From Planctomycetota bacterium (GTDB lineage Bacteria; Planctomycetota; Phycisphaerae; Phycisphaerales; Phycisphaeraceae): a DNA stretch of 64,000 bases. The stretch lies in NCBI GenBank assembly GCA_024279865.1, contig JAJRRC010000109.1:17513-81512 (forward strand). The letters are read 5' to 3'. A model generated the notes under the pieces. That model was not told where the DNA came from, did not search any database, and worked only from the letters and a program-made list of their open reading frames with translations. Positions 23,933 to 31,419 of this stretch are shown piece by piece; within the stretch, counting starts at the first letter, position 1, and each line of letters opens with the position of its first letter. The position numbers and the translations under genes are program-made.

Positions 23933-24328
23933 ATGCAATGTTTACAGACGGTTATTCTACACCACCAGACGCTGAAAGACAGCCACTACGACTGGCTTTG
24001 GGTGAATCCGAACCATCAGGACCAGTTAACCGGATTTCGCATGCCAATTTCTGCCACACATTGGCAGGCTCAACAAGCATGGCCTTTGATTCCATTGCCG
24101 CCACATCGGATGATCTATTTAGACTATCAGGGGAGTATTAGTGGCAATCGAGGCACGGTGGTGCGTGTGGCTCAAGGGTGGCTCACGCCCTTGCTTTGGG
24201 CTCAAGGACGCTGGCGTTTGGAAGTCCATTTAACCGCTGCTCTGGGCAACCCTCAAGAGCTTGCTTCAGTGCAGGTATCAGGTCAATCTCTCTCAAACAT
24301 CCTTTGGCAAGCGCATGTCTGTGAATAA
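23933..24328 (+). CDS. LigD_N (3'-phosphoesterase-like) domain protein
   Basis: HHQTLKDSHYDWLW and HRMIYLDYQGSISGNRGTVVRVAQG match the HxDxxLE ... HRxxYLDYEGxxSxxRGxV pattern of small LigD_N-family proteins. The 5' part of ORF 23507-24328 is antisense to the TPR gene and was discarded. Confidence 0.55.
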   Translation: MQCLQTVILHHQTLKDSHYDWLWVNPNHQDQLTGFRMPISATHWQAQQAWPLIPLPPHRMIYLDYQGSISGNRGTVVRVAQGWLTPLLWAQGRWRLEVHLTAALGNPQELASVQVSGQSLSNILWQAHVCE

Positions 24329-24393
24329 AGTGGGCATCTTTGCTAGAATAAGTGGTTATGTGAGATACCCTTTGGACTTTTAGAGATTTAGCC

Positions 24394-24834
24394 ATGACTT
24401 GTCGAACCCGTATTCTTTTTCTCTGTACTGGCAATTCTTGCCGCAGCCAAATGGCGGAAGGCTGGGCCAAAGAGCTCAAAAGTGACACCATTGAAGCCTA
24501 TTCTGCGGGGATTGAAACGCATGGGCTTAATCCCCATGCCGTCAGCGTGATGGAAGAGGTCGGCATCTGCATCCGCGAGCACCACTCCAAAACCCTTGAT
24601 GAACTCAAACATATCCAGTTCGACTACGTGATCACCGTCTGTGGCCACGCCCATGAAACCTGCCCCGTCTTCCCCGCCAAAGCCACCATCATTCATCACG
24701 GCTTTGATGACCCACCCAAGCTGGCCGTCACCGCCTCCCACGAACAAGAAGCACTGGATCACTACCGACGTGTGCGCGATGAAATCGAAGCCTTTATCCA
24801 GACCCTGCCTCTATGCAATCCTGAAAAGTATTAA
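24394..24834 (+). CDS. arsC: arsenate reductase, LMW-PTP/thioredoxin-coupled type
   Basis: ILFLCTGNSCRSQMAEGW (CX5R P-loop), about 146 aa, with downstream Cys residues. Confidence 0.85.
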   Translation: MTCRTRILFLCTGNSCRSQMAEGWAKELKSDTIEAYSAGIETHGLNPHAVSVMEEVGICIREHHSKTLDELKHIQFDYVITVCGHAHETCPVFPAKATIIHHGFDDPPKLAVTASHEQEALDHYRRVRDEIEAFIQTLPLCNPEKY

Positions 24835-24835
24835 G

Positions 24836-24985
24836 ATTGCAGTGGCTCAAGACGAGTTTGGCGTCACGTTAAAGCAAACCGCTTACGCCTTCGACTCGGC
24901 CACGATCAATCTGTGCCTTGCCTTATTCCCATGGGCGAAGTTTCGCAAACACAAAGGCGCGATCAAACTTCATACGCTGAGTGTT
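24836..24985 (+). pseudogene. relic fragment of an IS4-family DDE transposase
   Basis: The translation FDSATINLCLALFPWAKFRKHKGAIKLHTL matches the conserved IS4-family N-terminal block. Only about 47 codons remain, and no inverted repeats or full ORF are present. Confidence 0.6.
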
Positions 24986-25074
24986 TATATATGTTTCAGA
25001 TGCATAAAAACTTGGGTCATTAAGGACCAAGTGGTTGCGACTGTCTGGCGGGGGGGGTAAACTTGGACATTACG

Positions 25075-25605
25075 ATGAGAACCAAACGTTTCAACGTGGC
25101 TCGGTGGTGCCTTTGCGGAGTAATTCTGGCGGGAGGGTTATTCGGTTGCCAGGGGCATAAAACTGCCTATCCGTTCCCTTTTTCAGATGAATGGCGATAC
25201 CTCTATCCACAGCCTGCACCAGGCGTGGTGGGATTGGCTCGCCCCCTGATTCCGGATGTGGGACAACCCATTGGATTCAAAGCATTGGTCAAGCAATCCC
25301 ATGCCACCGTCGATGGCTCAGCCCGCAAGGTGAAGCACGTCTATCAAGGACGGGCGCGTTTGCAGGATGTTATCGATTTTTACCGTCGCAACCTCACACG
25401 ATTTAACTGGAAAACAGTCAGTCAGGAACATCAGGCAAATGGCTTCGTCGTGAACAACACCAAAGGGGTGGAACGGCTGCGATTGCTGTTTTATACCGAT
25501 GGAGATCGCGTGACTGTGGTGATCATGATCGGCCCAATTCATTATCCTCCAGCCCCAGCAGCAAACTCACCGAAGCCAATTCTTGAACTCGGTGGCGTGG
25601 GCTAA
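25075..25605 (+). CDS. hypothetical lipoprotein
   Basis: Signal sequence with lipobox GGLFGC. No recognisable family. Confidence 0.5.
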   Translation: MRTKRFNVARWCLCGVILAGGLFGCQGHKTAYPFPFSDEWRYLYPQPAPGVVGLARPLIPDVGQPIGFKALVKQSHATVDGSARKVKHVYQGRARLQDVIDFYRRNLTRFNWKTVSQEHQANGFVVNNTKGVERLRLLFYTDGDRVTVVIMIGPIHYPPAPAANSPKPILELGGVG

Positions 25606-25667
25606 TACAAAATAATTGATTGACCTCACAAGAACCCCTGATCTTTTTTGCAAGAGCAACAGTACTT

Positions 25668-26525
25668 ATGGACTCGAAACACAGACACGAACTGGAACAG
25701 AACGACTTGGCAACCTTCATCGGCCATTTTGGCGAATGGTGGGCTAAATGGGGACATGTGACTTTGCTCTCCGTCTTGCTGGTGGTGGCAGCCTTTACCG
25801 CGGTACGTTTTTACAATGTGCGGGTTGATACCGCTCGTGAAACAGCATGGGGCGGCCTTGCCTCAAGCACCAGCCCTGAAGTCTACCGATCAGTGGCTCA
25901 GTCCAATGAAAACCCCGTGCGGGCTTTGGCCTATCTACGCGGTGCAGATTTGCTGTTGCAAAAAGCAGCTATTCCCGCACCCCCGGCACCCCCGGCACCC
26001 CCGGCACCCCCCAAACCCCAGGAAGTGACAGCCGAACCAGGCAAGACCGTCGATGCAACCGAGTCCACCTCCCAGGCCCAGCCAGCAACCCCAACCACAG
26101 ATACCGCTGATACAGCCGATGCTCCTGTCCAGGTTGCTTTGGCCGCTCAGAGAGAGCAGGACCCCGCGATCATGCTCGACGATGCTAAGTTGATGTACCA
26201 GGCAATCGTCGACGATAAAACGGCACCACAGATCATTCGACTCAATGCCAAACTTGGGCTTGGCGCTATTGCCGAGGCAAAAAAACAGTGGGATCAAGCT
26301 CACACCCTCTATCAGCAAGTTACTGATGAAGCGGGCGATGTCTATGTTCAGGTTGCCCTCAATGCCACGGATCGTCAAGCACGCATTGAACGCCTTAAAA
26401 CCCCGGTGCGTTTTGCCAAAGCTCCCGTGGCTCCCAAGGTGATTTTGCCTGACATGCCGATGGCAGAAATTGAAACCAAGTTGGACCTGTCCAACCCCCT
26501 CCCACAGCCCGCAGTTGCGCCATGA
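25668..26525 (+). CDS. membrane-anchored YfgM/TPR-like protein with a Pro-rich linker
   Basis: The N-terminus reads ELEQNDLATFIGHFGEWW followed by a TM helix (YfgM-like), and the C-terminus is TPR-like. The PAPPAPPAPPAPP linker is encoded by a 9-nt repeat. Confidence 0.55.
   Translation: MDSKHRHELEQNDLATFIGHFGEWWAKWGHVTLLSVLLVVAAFTAVRFYNVRVDTARETAWGGLASSTSPEVYRSVAQSNENPVRALAYLRGADLLLQKAAIPAPPAPPAPPAPPKPQEVTAEPGKTVDATESTSQAQPATPTTDTADTADAPVQVALAAQREQDPAIMLDDAKLMYQAIVDDKTAPQIIRLNAKLGLGAIAEAKKQWDQAHTLYQQVTDEAGDVYVQVALNATDRQARIERLKTPVRFAKAPVAPKVILPDMPMAEIETKLDLSNPLPQPAVAP
25977..26012 (+). repeat. in-frame 9-nt tandem repeat (GCACCCCCG)x4
   Basis: Read directly from the sequence. It encodes PAPPAPPAPPAP. 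Confidence 0.9.
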
Positions 26526-27796
26526 CCGACTCCCAGCCCCCGGAAGTTTCTCCGGACTCCCAAGATGTTTCTGAAAATCCCTCCGGAGATTCTCCAGAAA
26601 CATCGCCCCCGGCCGATCCAACGCCCGAACGCATTCTGATTAAGCGTGATGTTCACACACGCCTTGACAGCTATCTGCAACAACGGCTCAAGGGAATTAG
26701 CCGTAGCCGCGTCAAAAAAATGATCGAGGCGGACATGGTCAAGGTCAATGATAAAAAACCCAAGCCCAGCACCATGATTCGTCGGGGTGACGTGCTTGAA
26801 ATCTCACTGCCCGCACCGGCTGTGCGGACCATTGAACCCGAACCCGTGCCGATTCAAGTTCTCTATGAGGAAGATGGGTTTCTTGTTCTCAACAAACAAG
26901 CAGGCATCCTCGTCCATCCCGCCCGCAACCATCTCTCAGGCACACTGATCAACGGCTTGGCGTACCGCTTTCAACAAAAAGTCCAAGCAGAAGGGCTCAC
27001 CTTTGTGCCTCACCAAACCCGAGGCTTCAAGAAAAACAAACGCGGCGAAGTCGAAGGACTCAGTGATGTCGGAGCGGCTGAATTCCGACCGGGAATCATT
27101 CACCGACTCGATAAAAATACCACAGGTGTCCTCGTCGTCGCCAAACAAGAAGCCTCACACTGGGCCATTGCCAAGCAGTTTGAACATCGCAAAACCATCA
27201 AAGCCTATTTGGCCGTTGTTCATGGCAATTTTGATGAGCCAGGCAGTGTCGTCGAGCAGCCCATCGGCAAGCATCCCACCGTCCATGAAGCCTACTGCGT
27301 TCGCCAAGGCCATCTAAGCAAAGACGCGGTTTCCATTTACCGCGTGCGGGAACAATACGAAGGGTATAGTTTGGTCGAGGTCGAACTCCGCACCGGTCGA
27401 ACCCACCAAATCCGCGTGCATTTGTCCTATTGCGGTCACCCCATCGTCGGCGACATCATGTACGGCGGCGAGCCCGTCGGCGAACCCGAAATCCTAAACC
27501 CACCCATGGCTGCGGGCGCAAGACGTTTTCTCAATTACGCTCGCAAAAAAGATGAAGGCAAACTCCTCGAAGCAACCTCTGCCGCCCGTGAAGATATGAT
27601 TATCGCCCATCCTTCATTGCACGCAGCTCTACTTGGATTTGCCCATCCAGACACCCAAGAACCCATGCGTTTCACTGCACCCTTGCACGAACCGATGGCA
27701 ACCCTCGTCCGCAAGCTCAGAGAGCATCGTCGCCCTGATGCAATCGTCGCTGAAAATGGTACCTGGATTGACCTTGAGCAGGCGGTGCCTCAGTAA
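26522..27796 (+). CDS. rluD: RluA/RluD-family 23S rRNA pseudouridine synthase with S4 domain and an acidic/Pro-rich N-terminal extension
   Basis: HRLDKNTTGVLVVAK and GRTHQIRVHL motifs. ATGA overlap with the upstream gene. Confidence 0.85.
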   Translation: MTDSQPPEVSPDSQDVSENPSGDSPETSPPADPTPERILIKRDVHTRLDSYLQQRLKGISRSRVKKMIEADMVKVNDKKPKPSTMIRRGDVLEISLPAPAVRTIEPEPVPIQVLYEEDGFLVLNKQAGILVHPARNHLSGTLINGLAYRFQQKVQAEGLTFVPHQTRGFKKNKRGEVEGLSDVGAAEFRPGIIHRLDKNTTGVLVVAKQEASHWAIAKQFEHRKTIKAYLAVVHGNFDEPGSVVEQPIGKHPTVHEAYCVRQGHLSKDAVSIYRVREQYEGYSLVEVELRTGRTHQIRVHLSYCGHPIVGDIMYGGEPVGEPEILNPPMAAGARRFLNYARKKDEGKLLEATSAAREDMIIAHPSLHAALLGFAHPDTQEPMRFTAPLHEPMATLVRKLREHRRPDAIVAENGTWIDLEQAVPQ

Positions 27797-27901
27797 AACG
27801 TGAAGCATGAACCCCGTTGCTGCAAGTATGCAGATACGGAAAAACAATAGTCACAAAAAATACAAAAAAAACACGAAAATCAGAAGGTGGAAATAGTTGT
27901 C

Positions 27902-27932
27902 AAAATAGCTGCACACTCGAGTGTGCAGCATC
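27902..27932 (-). repeat. REP-like hairpin, copy R4 (compensated stem variant)
   Basis: aaaatagctgcacac-tcga-gtgtgcagc shares its flank and stem architecture with R5, but with paired substitutions in the stem. Confidence 0.55.
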
Positions 27933-27960
27933 AATCATTTCCATTTATGTTCGAATGAAT

Positions 27961-28000
27961 CGTTTAAAAATAGCCGCACGCTTACAGCGTGCGCGTCCGG
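27961..28000 (-). repeat. REP/terminator-like hairpin element, copy R5
   Basis: The minus strand reads ccggacgcgcacgc-tgtaa-gcgtgcggctatttttaaacg. It lies downstream of the minus-strand kinase operon. Confidence 0.85.
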
Positions 28001-28054
28001 TAGGGCAGTAAGAATTCACATTTTTGATTGGTGATAAATTTTGTCCATCTCAAG

Positions 28055-28090
28055 TCAGACACGCAAGCAAGTTTGCTTGCGGCTAAAATC
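28055..28090 (+). repeat. REP-like hairpin, copy R6
   Basis: cagacacgcaagc-aagtt-gcttgcggctaaaatcc has the same stem variant (cgcaagc/gcttgcg) as R7. Confidence 0.65.
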
Positions 28091-28198
28091 CGAATCCATT
28101 TACAAAACCAGACTTGACAACCCATATCGCCCAATCTCTATCTCTTGTTTTTAGTGTCTTTAATGGTGTTTTTCGTGGCGATTGTCTGGAATCAACCA

Positions 28199-29113
28199 TC
28201 ACGCAGCCACACTCGCCTGACGGGGCATGATCGATTCAATCAATTCGCAACTCGCTCCCAAGTCCCCCGACTCCAAACGATAGCAATCAGCATGGCGACA
28301 AATTTCAGAAAGAATATTGATCGCACGGCGACCAAAAGATTGGCGGTTAAATGACATACGGGCCAATTCAATCGCGGCTTCACTGCGAGCCATCGGCGTG
28401 AGCAACGGACGGCTCGCTGCAACATAACGTGGGAAAATAATGCGGCGAATCGTGCAAGGCTGATCCATTACCTCACGACTACGCACATTGGGACGAACAT
28501 AAGCAACCCGCCCTTTGAACGCTTTGGCGTAGTGTTGGCGTTGCCACAAGGGCAAACCCATTTTCTTTACAACGGGGAAAGACCCTTCTTTAACACACAA
28601 CGCTTTGGGAAACGCACGCAGCTGATGGGTCAACGGATCAATCAATGCAAACTCATCGCAAAGATATCGCCAATCTCGAGACATCAATCCACACGCCAAG
28701 GTCGATTTGCCAGAGCCTGATCCGCCCGCAAGAATCAATCCCGCGCCGTTTTTCTCAAGCGTTGCAGCATGCAATTGTAAAAAAGACTCGCCTCGAGCAA
28801 TGATCCGCCAATTCACCGCCCATTCCATGTAAGGCAAAATTTCGTTGGATCGCAAACAAGTGAACAACTCTTTGCCATCACCATGCACGGCAAAACGCTT
28901 GCGCCAAGGTAACTTGGATTTCCAAGGCAACGCATCCACACGGATCGTGGTTTGGGGATCAATCTCGTCCGCTGCCAAATCAGGCATGCGAAAATCCTGA
29001 TACAAATGACTTAAGTCTTCCGTGGCCTGAGGCATGATGCTTCGGACGGCCACACGCATCGGGCCAATCTGGAAATGCGTATAAAAATCAGGTTCAGAGG
29101 CAGATTGCTTCAT
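28199..29113 (-). CDS. HPr kinase-related (HprK-like) P-loop serine kinase
   Basis: LHAATLEKNGAGLILAGGSGSGKSTLACGLMSRDWRYLCDEFALID fits the HprK-related kinase architecture. Its start is coupled to the PqqD-like gene by an ATGA overlap. Confidence 0.75.
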   Translation of the reverse strand: MKQSASEPDFYTHFQIGPMRVAVRSIMPQATEDLSHLYQDFRMPDLAADEIDPQTTIRVDALPWKSKLPWRKRFAVHGDGKELFTCLRSNEILPYMEWAVNWRIIARGESFLQLHAATLEKNGAGLILAGGSGSGKSTLACGLMSRDWRYLCDEFALIDPLTHQLRAFPKALCVKEGSFPVVKKMGLPLWQRQHYAKAFKGRVAYVRPNVRSREVMDQPCTIRRIIFPRYVAASRPLLTPMARSEAAIELARMSFNRQSFGRRAINILSEICRHADCYRLESGDLGASCELIESIMPRQASVAA

Positions 29114-29433
29114 GGATTCAAAAGCCCATTGTTCGCTAGCATTGCCACCATTTGCTGAACATGGTCCGAAGCAGTGGCCCGGTCAATTTCATACTCATTG
29201 CAAACATCATCGACAAGATCAGAATACGTTCGGGTGGGCTGACATCCTTCCCAAACAATCAAGGCAGTACGATTTAATCGAAATGTTCCGCCCGTGGCTG
29301 AATCAAAAAGCAACGCTTCGTCATCTAAAATTTGTAAACTCACATCACTACGCTGGGATGGACAAGGCAACAAAGCCTCCTCCAATACCCACGGCGAGGT
29401 CAACGGATAAGAATCGGTAGATAACTGAGGCAT
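29110..29433 (-). CDS. PqqD-family (RRE-type) peptide-binding protein
   Basis: LQILDDEALLFDSATGGTFRLNRTALIVWEGC...YSDLVDDVCNEYEID...VQQMVAMLANNGLL is a typical PqqD fold signature. The start is set at the internal ATG (MPQLSTDS) so that it does not overlap the peptide gene. Confidence 0.75.
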   Translation of the reverse strand: MPQLSTDSYPLTSPWVLEEALLPCPSQRSDVSLQILDDEALLFDSATGGTFRLNRTALIVWEGCQPTRTYSDLVDDVCNEYEIDRATASDHVQQMVAMLANNGLLNP

Positions 29434-29482
29434 GGGGGCTTCTCTGTAAACATCAATCAAACGAAGACAAGCGGCAAATAAT

Positions 29483-29740
29483 TTAGGACGGAGCCCCCGA
29501 CACACTGGCAAAAGCAGTCTTGTTGGCCGTTAATGCAATGACCACAGGAGCGACATAAGCAGCTTTCTTGGCCATGCTACGCACAAACTGTCGCCGCGTT
29601 GCCGCGTTGTCCACCGGAAATTTCTCCCCCGCAAGACCCCCCGGCTCCCCCGGTTCCCCCGGTTCCCCCGAATCATCGGTTGGCCGTGGCTTGTGTGGTT
29701 TACGTGAAGGCGTGTTGGATTGATTCATAGCATTTTCCAT
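29483..29740 (-). CDS. small peptide (85 aa) with a twin-arginine-like motif; candidate substrate of the cassette
   Basis: The peptide contains TRRQFVR, the hydrophobic stretch AAYVAPVVIALTA and an AFA site, and then only SVSGAPS before the stop. It sits between the nucleotidyltransferase and PqqD genes on the same strand. Confidence 0.45.
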   Translation of the reverse strand: MENAMNQSNTPSRKPHKPRPTDDSGEPGEPGEPGGLAGEKFPVDNAATRRQFVRSMAKKAAYVAPVVIALTANKTAFASVSGAPS

Positions 29741-29794
29741 CCCATTGGATCTATCGACATTTGGACCAAGGGTCCTCAGTAAAACTTATCGGTT

Positions 29795-31165
29795 TTAGGC
29801 AGCTTTTTGTGAGATCAAAGTTGTTTGGCCCTGCTTTTTGAGTCCGGTAACGTCCGTTGAGCGTTCAAGATTCACGCAAATAGCCTCTTCAGAGCAGATT
29901 CGCTTGATGGCAATGAGCTGATAGCCGTCAAATCGGGCGTTGGGCCTGACGGAGGTGCTGACAAATCGCATCTTGCCTCGCATGGTAAATCGCTCGGTTT
30001 GGCCGTCGTTGTATTGGCGGGTGACCGAGAAGCGGCTGGAGCCGTCCCATGCTCGCACTGCATATTTGCCGATGGTTTGACCTGCGTGAATGGTGCGACG
30101 GGCAGTCAGACAGAGGCTCCCGTCTTCCTGACGCAGGACTTCGGTTTTGGATAAAAAGGCCCATAAAGGCTTGAAATATTTGGTGATTGGGCGGGTCAGG
30201 CGACACACATGGGCCGTCGGCAACCAACCCCAATGTTCATGGGCGTACCATTCACGCATGTGCTTCTGGTCTGGCACGGTTGCCGCGTAGAGATAGCCCA
30301 GTACAAAGCCGATGCCAGGCGTGGTTAACACATTGGCTAAAACATGGGCCAACGGATGCGCGTTGTCTCGCGGTGCTTGGCGAAGGCAAAGTCGGTCCCG
30401 CCAATTAACAGGGATTGTTTTGAGAGCCTCTCGCACTTGGGGAGGAATCAGTTGCTTGCCTTGGGCTGCTGCATCGAGTCCGCTCAGCACGGGCAAACTC
30501 AATCGCCACTGGCGGGCTAGTTGTAAGAACAAATCCCAGTTCATTTCACGGGAAAATTGCTTGGTCCAGCTTTGAATATCGTCACGCCATTTTTGACTGC
30601 TGTTGCCATGCACCGCCAGGTGGGCGGTGAGATGGATTAACATTCGCGCGGGTTCTGGAACCCAGACAAACGCATCATTCATAAAGACTTTTCGAGCATC
30701 GGTCCACAGTGCTTCGGTAGGCATGAATTGGGCATACCGCAAAGGACGCAGCGGCCGCACATGCACATCCATCACCACAGGCATCACATCGCCCACGGTG
30801 TATTCTGCTTCGTAATAAAACCGAGGAAAGAAATCTTCCCGCATCAAAATTTGGCTGCGATACCCACCCATCGATTCAATGATTTCAAACGCACGATCCA
30901 TGTCCGCTGGGCGAATCAGTAAATCTAGATCGCTCATCGAACGGGCCGCGGGATCGTCATAGGTGGTCAAGAGCAACGCTCCACCTTTGAGGAGCATCAG
31001 GTCAATCCCCGCCTCGTTGAATTGCAGAGCAAGCCGTCGCAGAAAGTGCATCATTCGCACATTGCGGGTCGCAACGCCAAGTCCCGCTCGGTCACTGGCC
31101 AAGGGCTTAGTAAGATGCGTAAGCGGTGTCGGCTCTTGAAGCATGTCAGATTCACAATGAGACAA
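29795..31165 (-). CDS. PF14907-type nucleotidyltransferase with a C-terminal degenerate SET-like domain
   Basis: The N-terminal half contains LLKGGALLLTTYDDPAARSMSDLDLLIRPADMDRAFEIIESMGGY (the uncharacterised nucleotidyltransferase family). The last ~100 aa (LTARRTIHAGQTIGKY ... RFVSTSVRPNARFDGYQLIAIKRICSEEAI) resemble a SET domain that lacks NHSC. An alternative start lies at 31144. Confidence 0.65.
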   Translation of the reverse strand: MSHCESDMLQEPTPLTHLTKPLASDRAGLGVATRNVRMMHFLRRLALQFNEAGIDLMLLKGGALLLTTYDDPAARSMSDLDLLIRPADMDRAFEIIESMGGYRSQILMREDFFPRFYYEAEYTVGDVMPVVMDVHVRPLRPLRYAQFMPTEALWTDARKVFMNDAFVWVPEPARMLIHLTAHLAVHGNSSQKWRDDIQSWTKQFSREMNWDLFLQLARQWRLSLPVLSGLDAAAQGKQLIPPQVREALKTIPVNWRDRLCLRQAPRDNAHPLAHVLANVLTTPGIGFVLGYLYAATVPDQKHMREWYAHEHWGWLPTAHVCRLTRPITKYFKPLWAFLSKTEVLRQEDGSLCLTARRTIHAGQTIGKYAVRAWDGSSRFSVTRQYNDGQTERFTMRGKMRFVSTSVRPNARFDGYQLIAIKRICSEEAICVNLERSTDVTGLKKQGQTTLISQKAA

Positions 31166-31419
31166 TCGAATAACTCCTGGCGGTTTTAGAGTTCCTAGTT
31201 AAACGATTTATCGGTAATGGACCCCCGGATTCGCCATACTTATAGCCAAAGCCCGATAAGGAAACGGGTTTTGGGGCATCTAAATAGGTATTCGAATTAT
31301 GATCGTACTGGTGGCTTGCCCTAAATTTTTGAGCCAATTGTGAGGAGATTCCGTCTATAACCAGTCACCATTGATTATTTCCATTTTCCCCCGGTTTTTT
31401 ACGTCTTTGGCATCTTGTT

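Noticed and set aside
24641-25060. The 139-aa ORF spanning the arsC 3' end and downstream region, considered as a gene
   Set aside because: The first part is an alternative frame of arsC. Only about 47 codons (24836-24985) resemble an IS4 transposase, so it is annotated as a relic instead.
25977-26012. Short tandem repeats (also 8329-8418 and 29637-29672), considered as possible CRISPR or other arrays
   Set aside because: The units are 9-33 nt, contiguous without spacers, in frame and inside ORFs. They are coding low-complexity repeats.
31152-31337. A 61-aa minus-strand ORF upstream of the nucleotidyltransferase, considered as an alternative precursor peptide
   Set aside because: It has a TTG start with no purine-rich RBS, since the upstream sequence is CTCCTC. 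It overlaps the first ATG of the downstream gene and has no leader/core-like features. It is kept only as a remote possibility.
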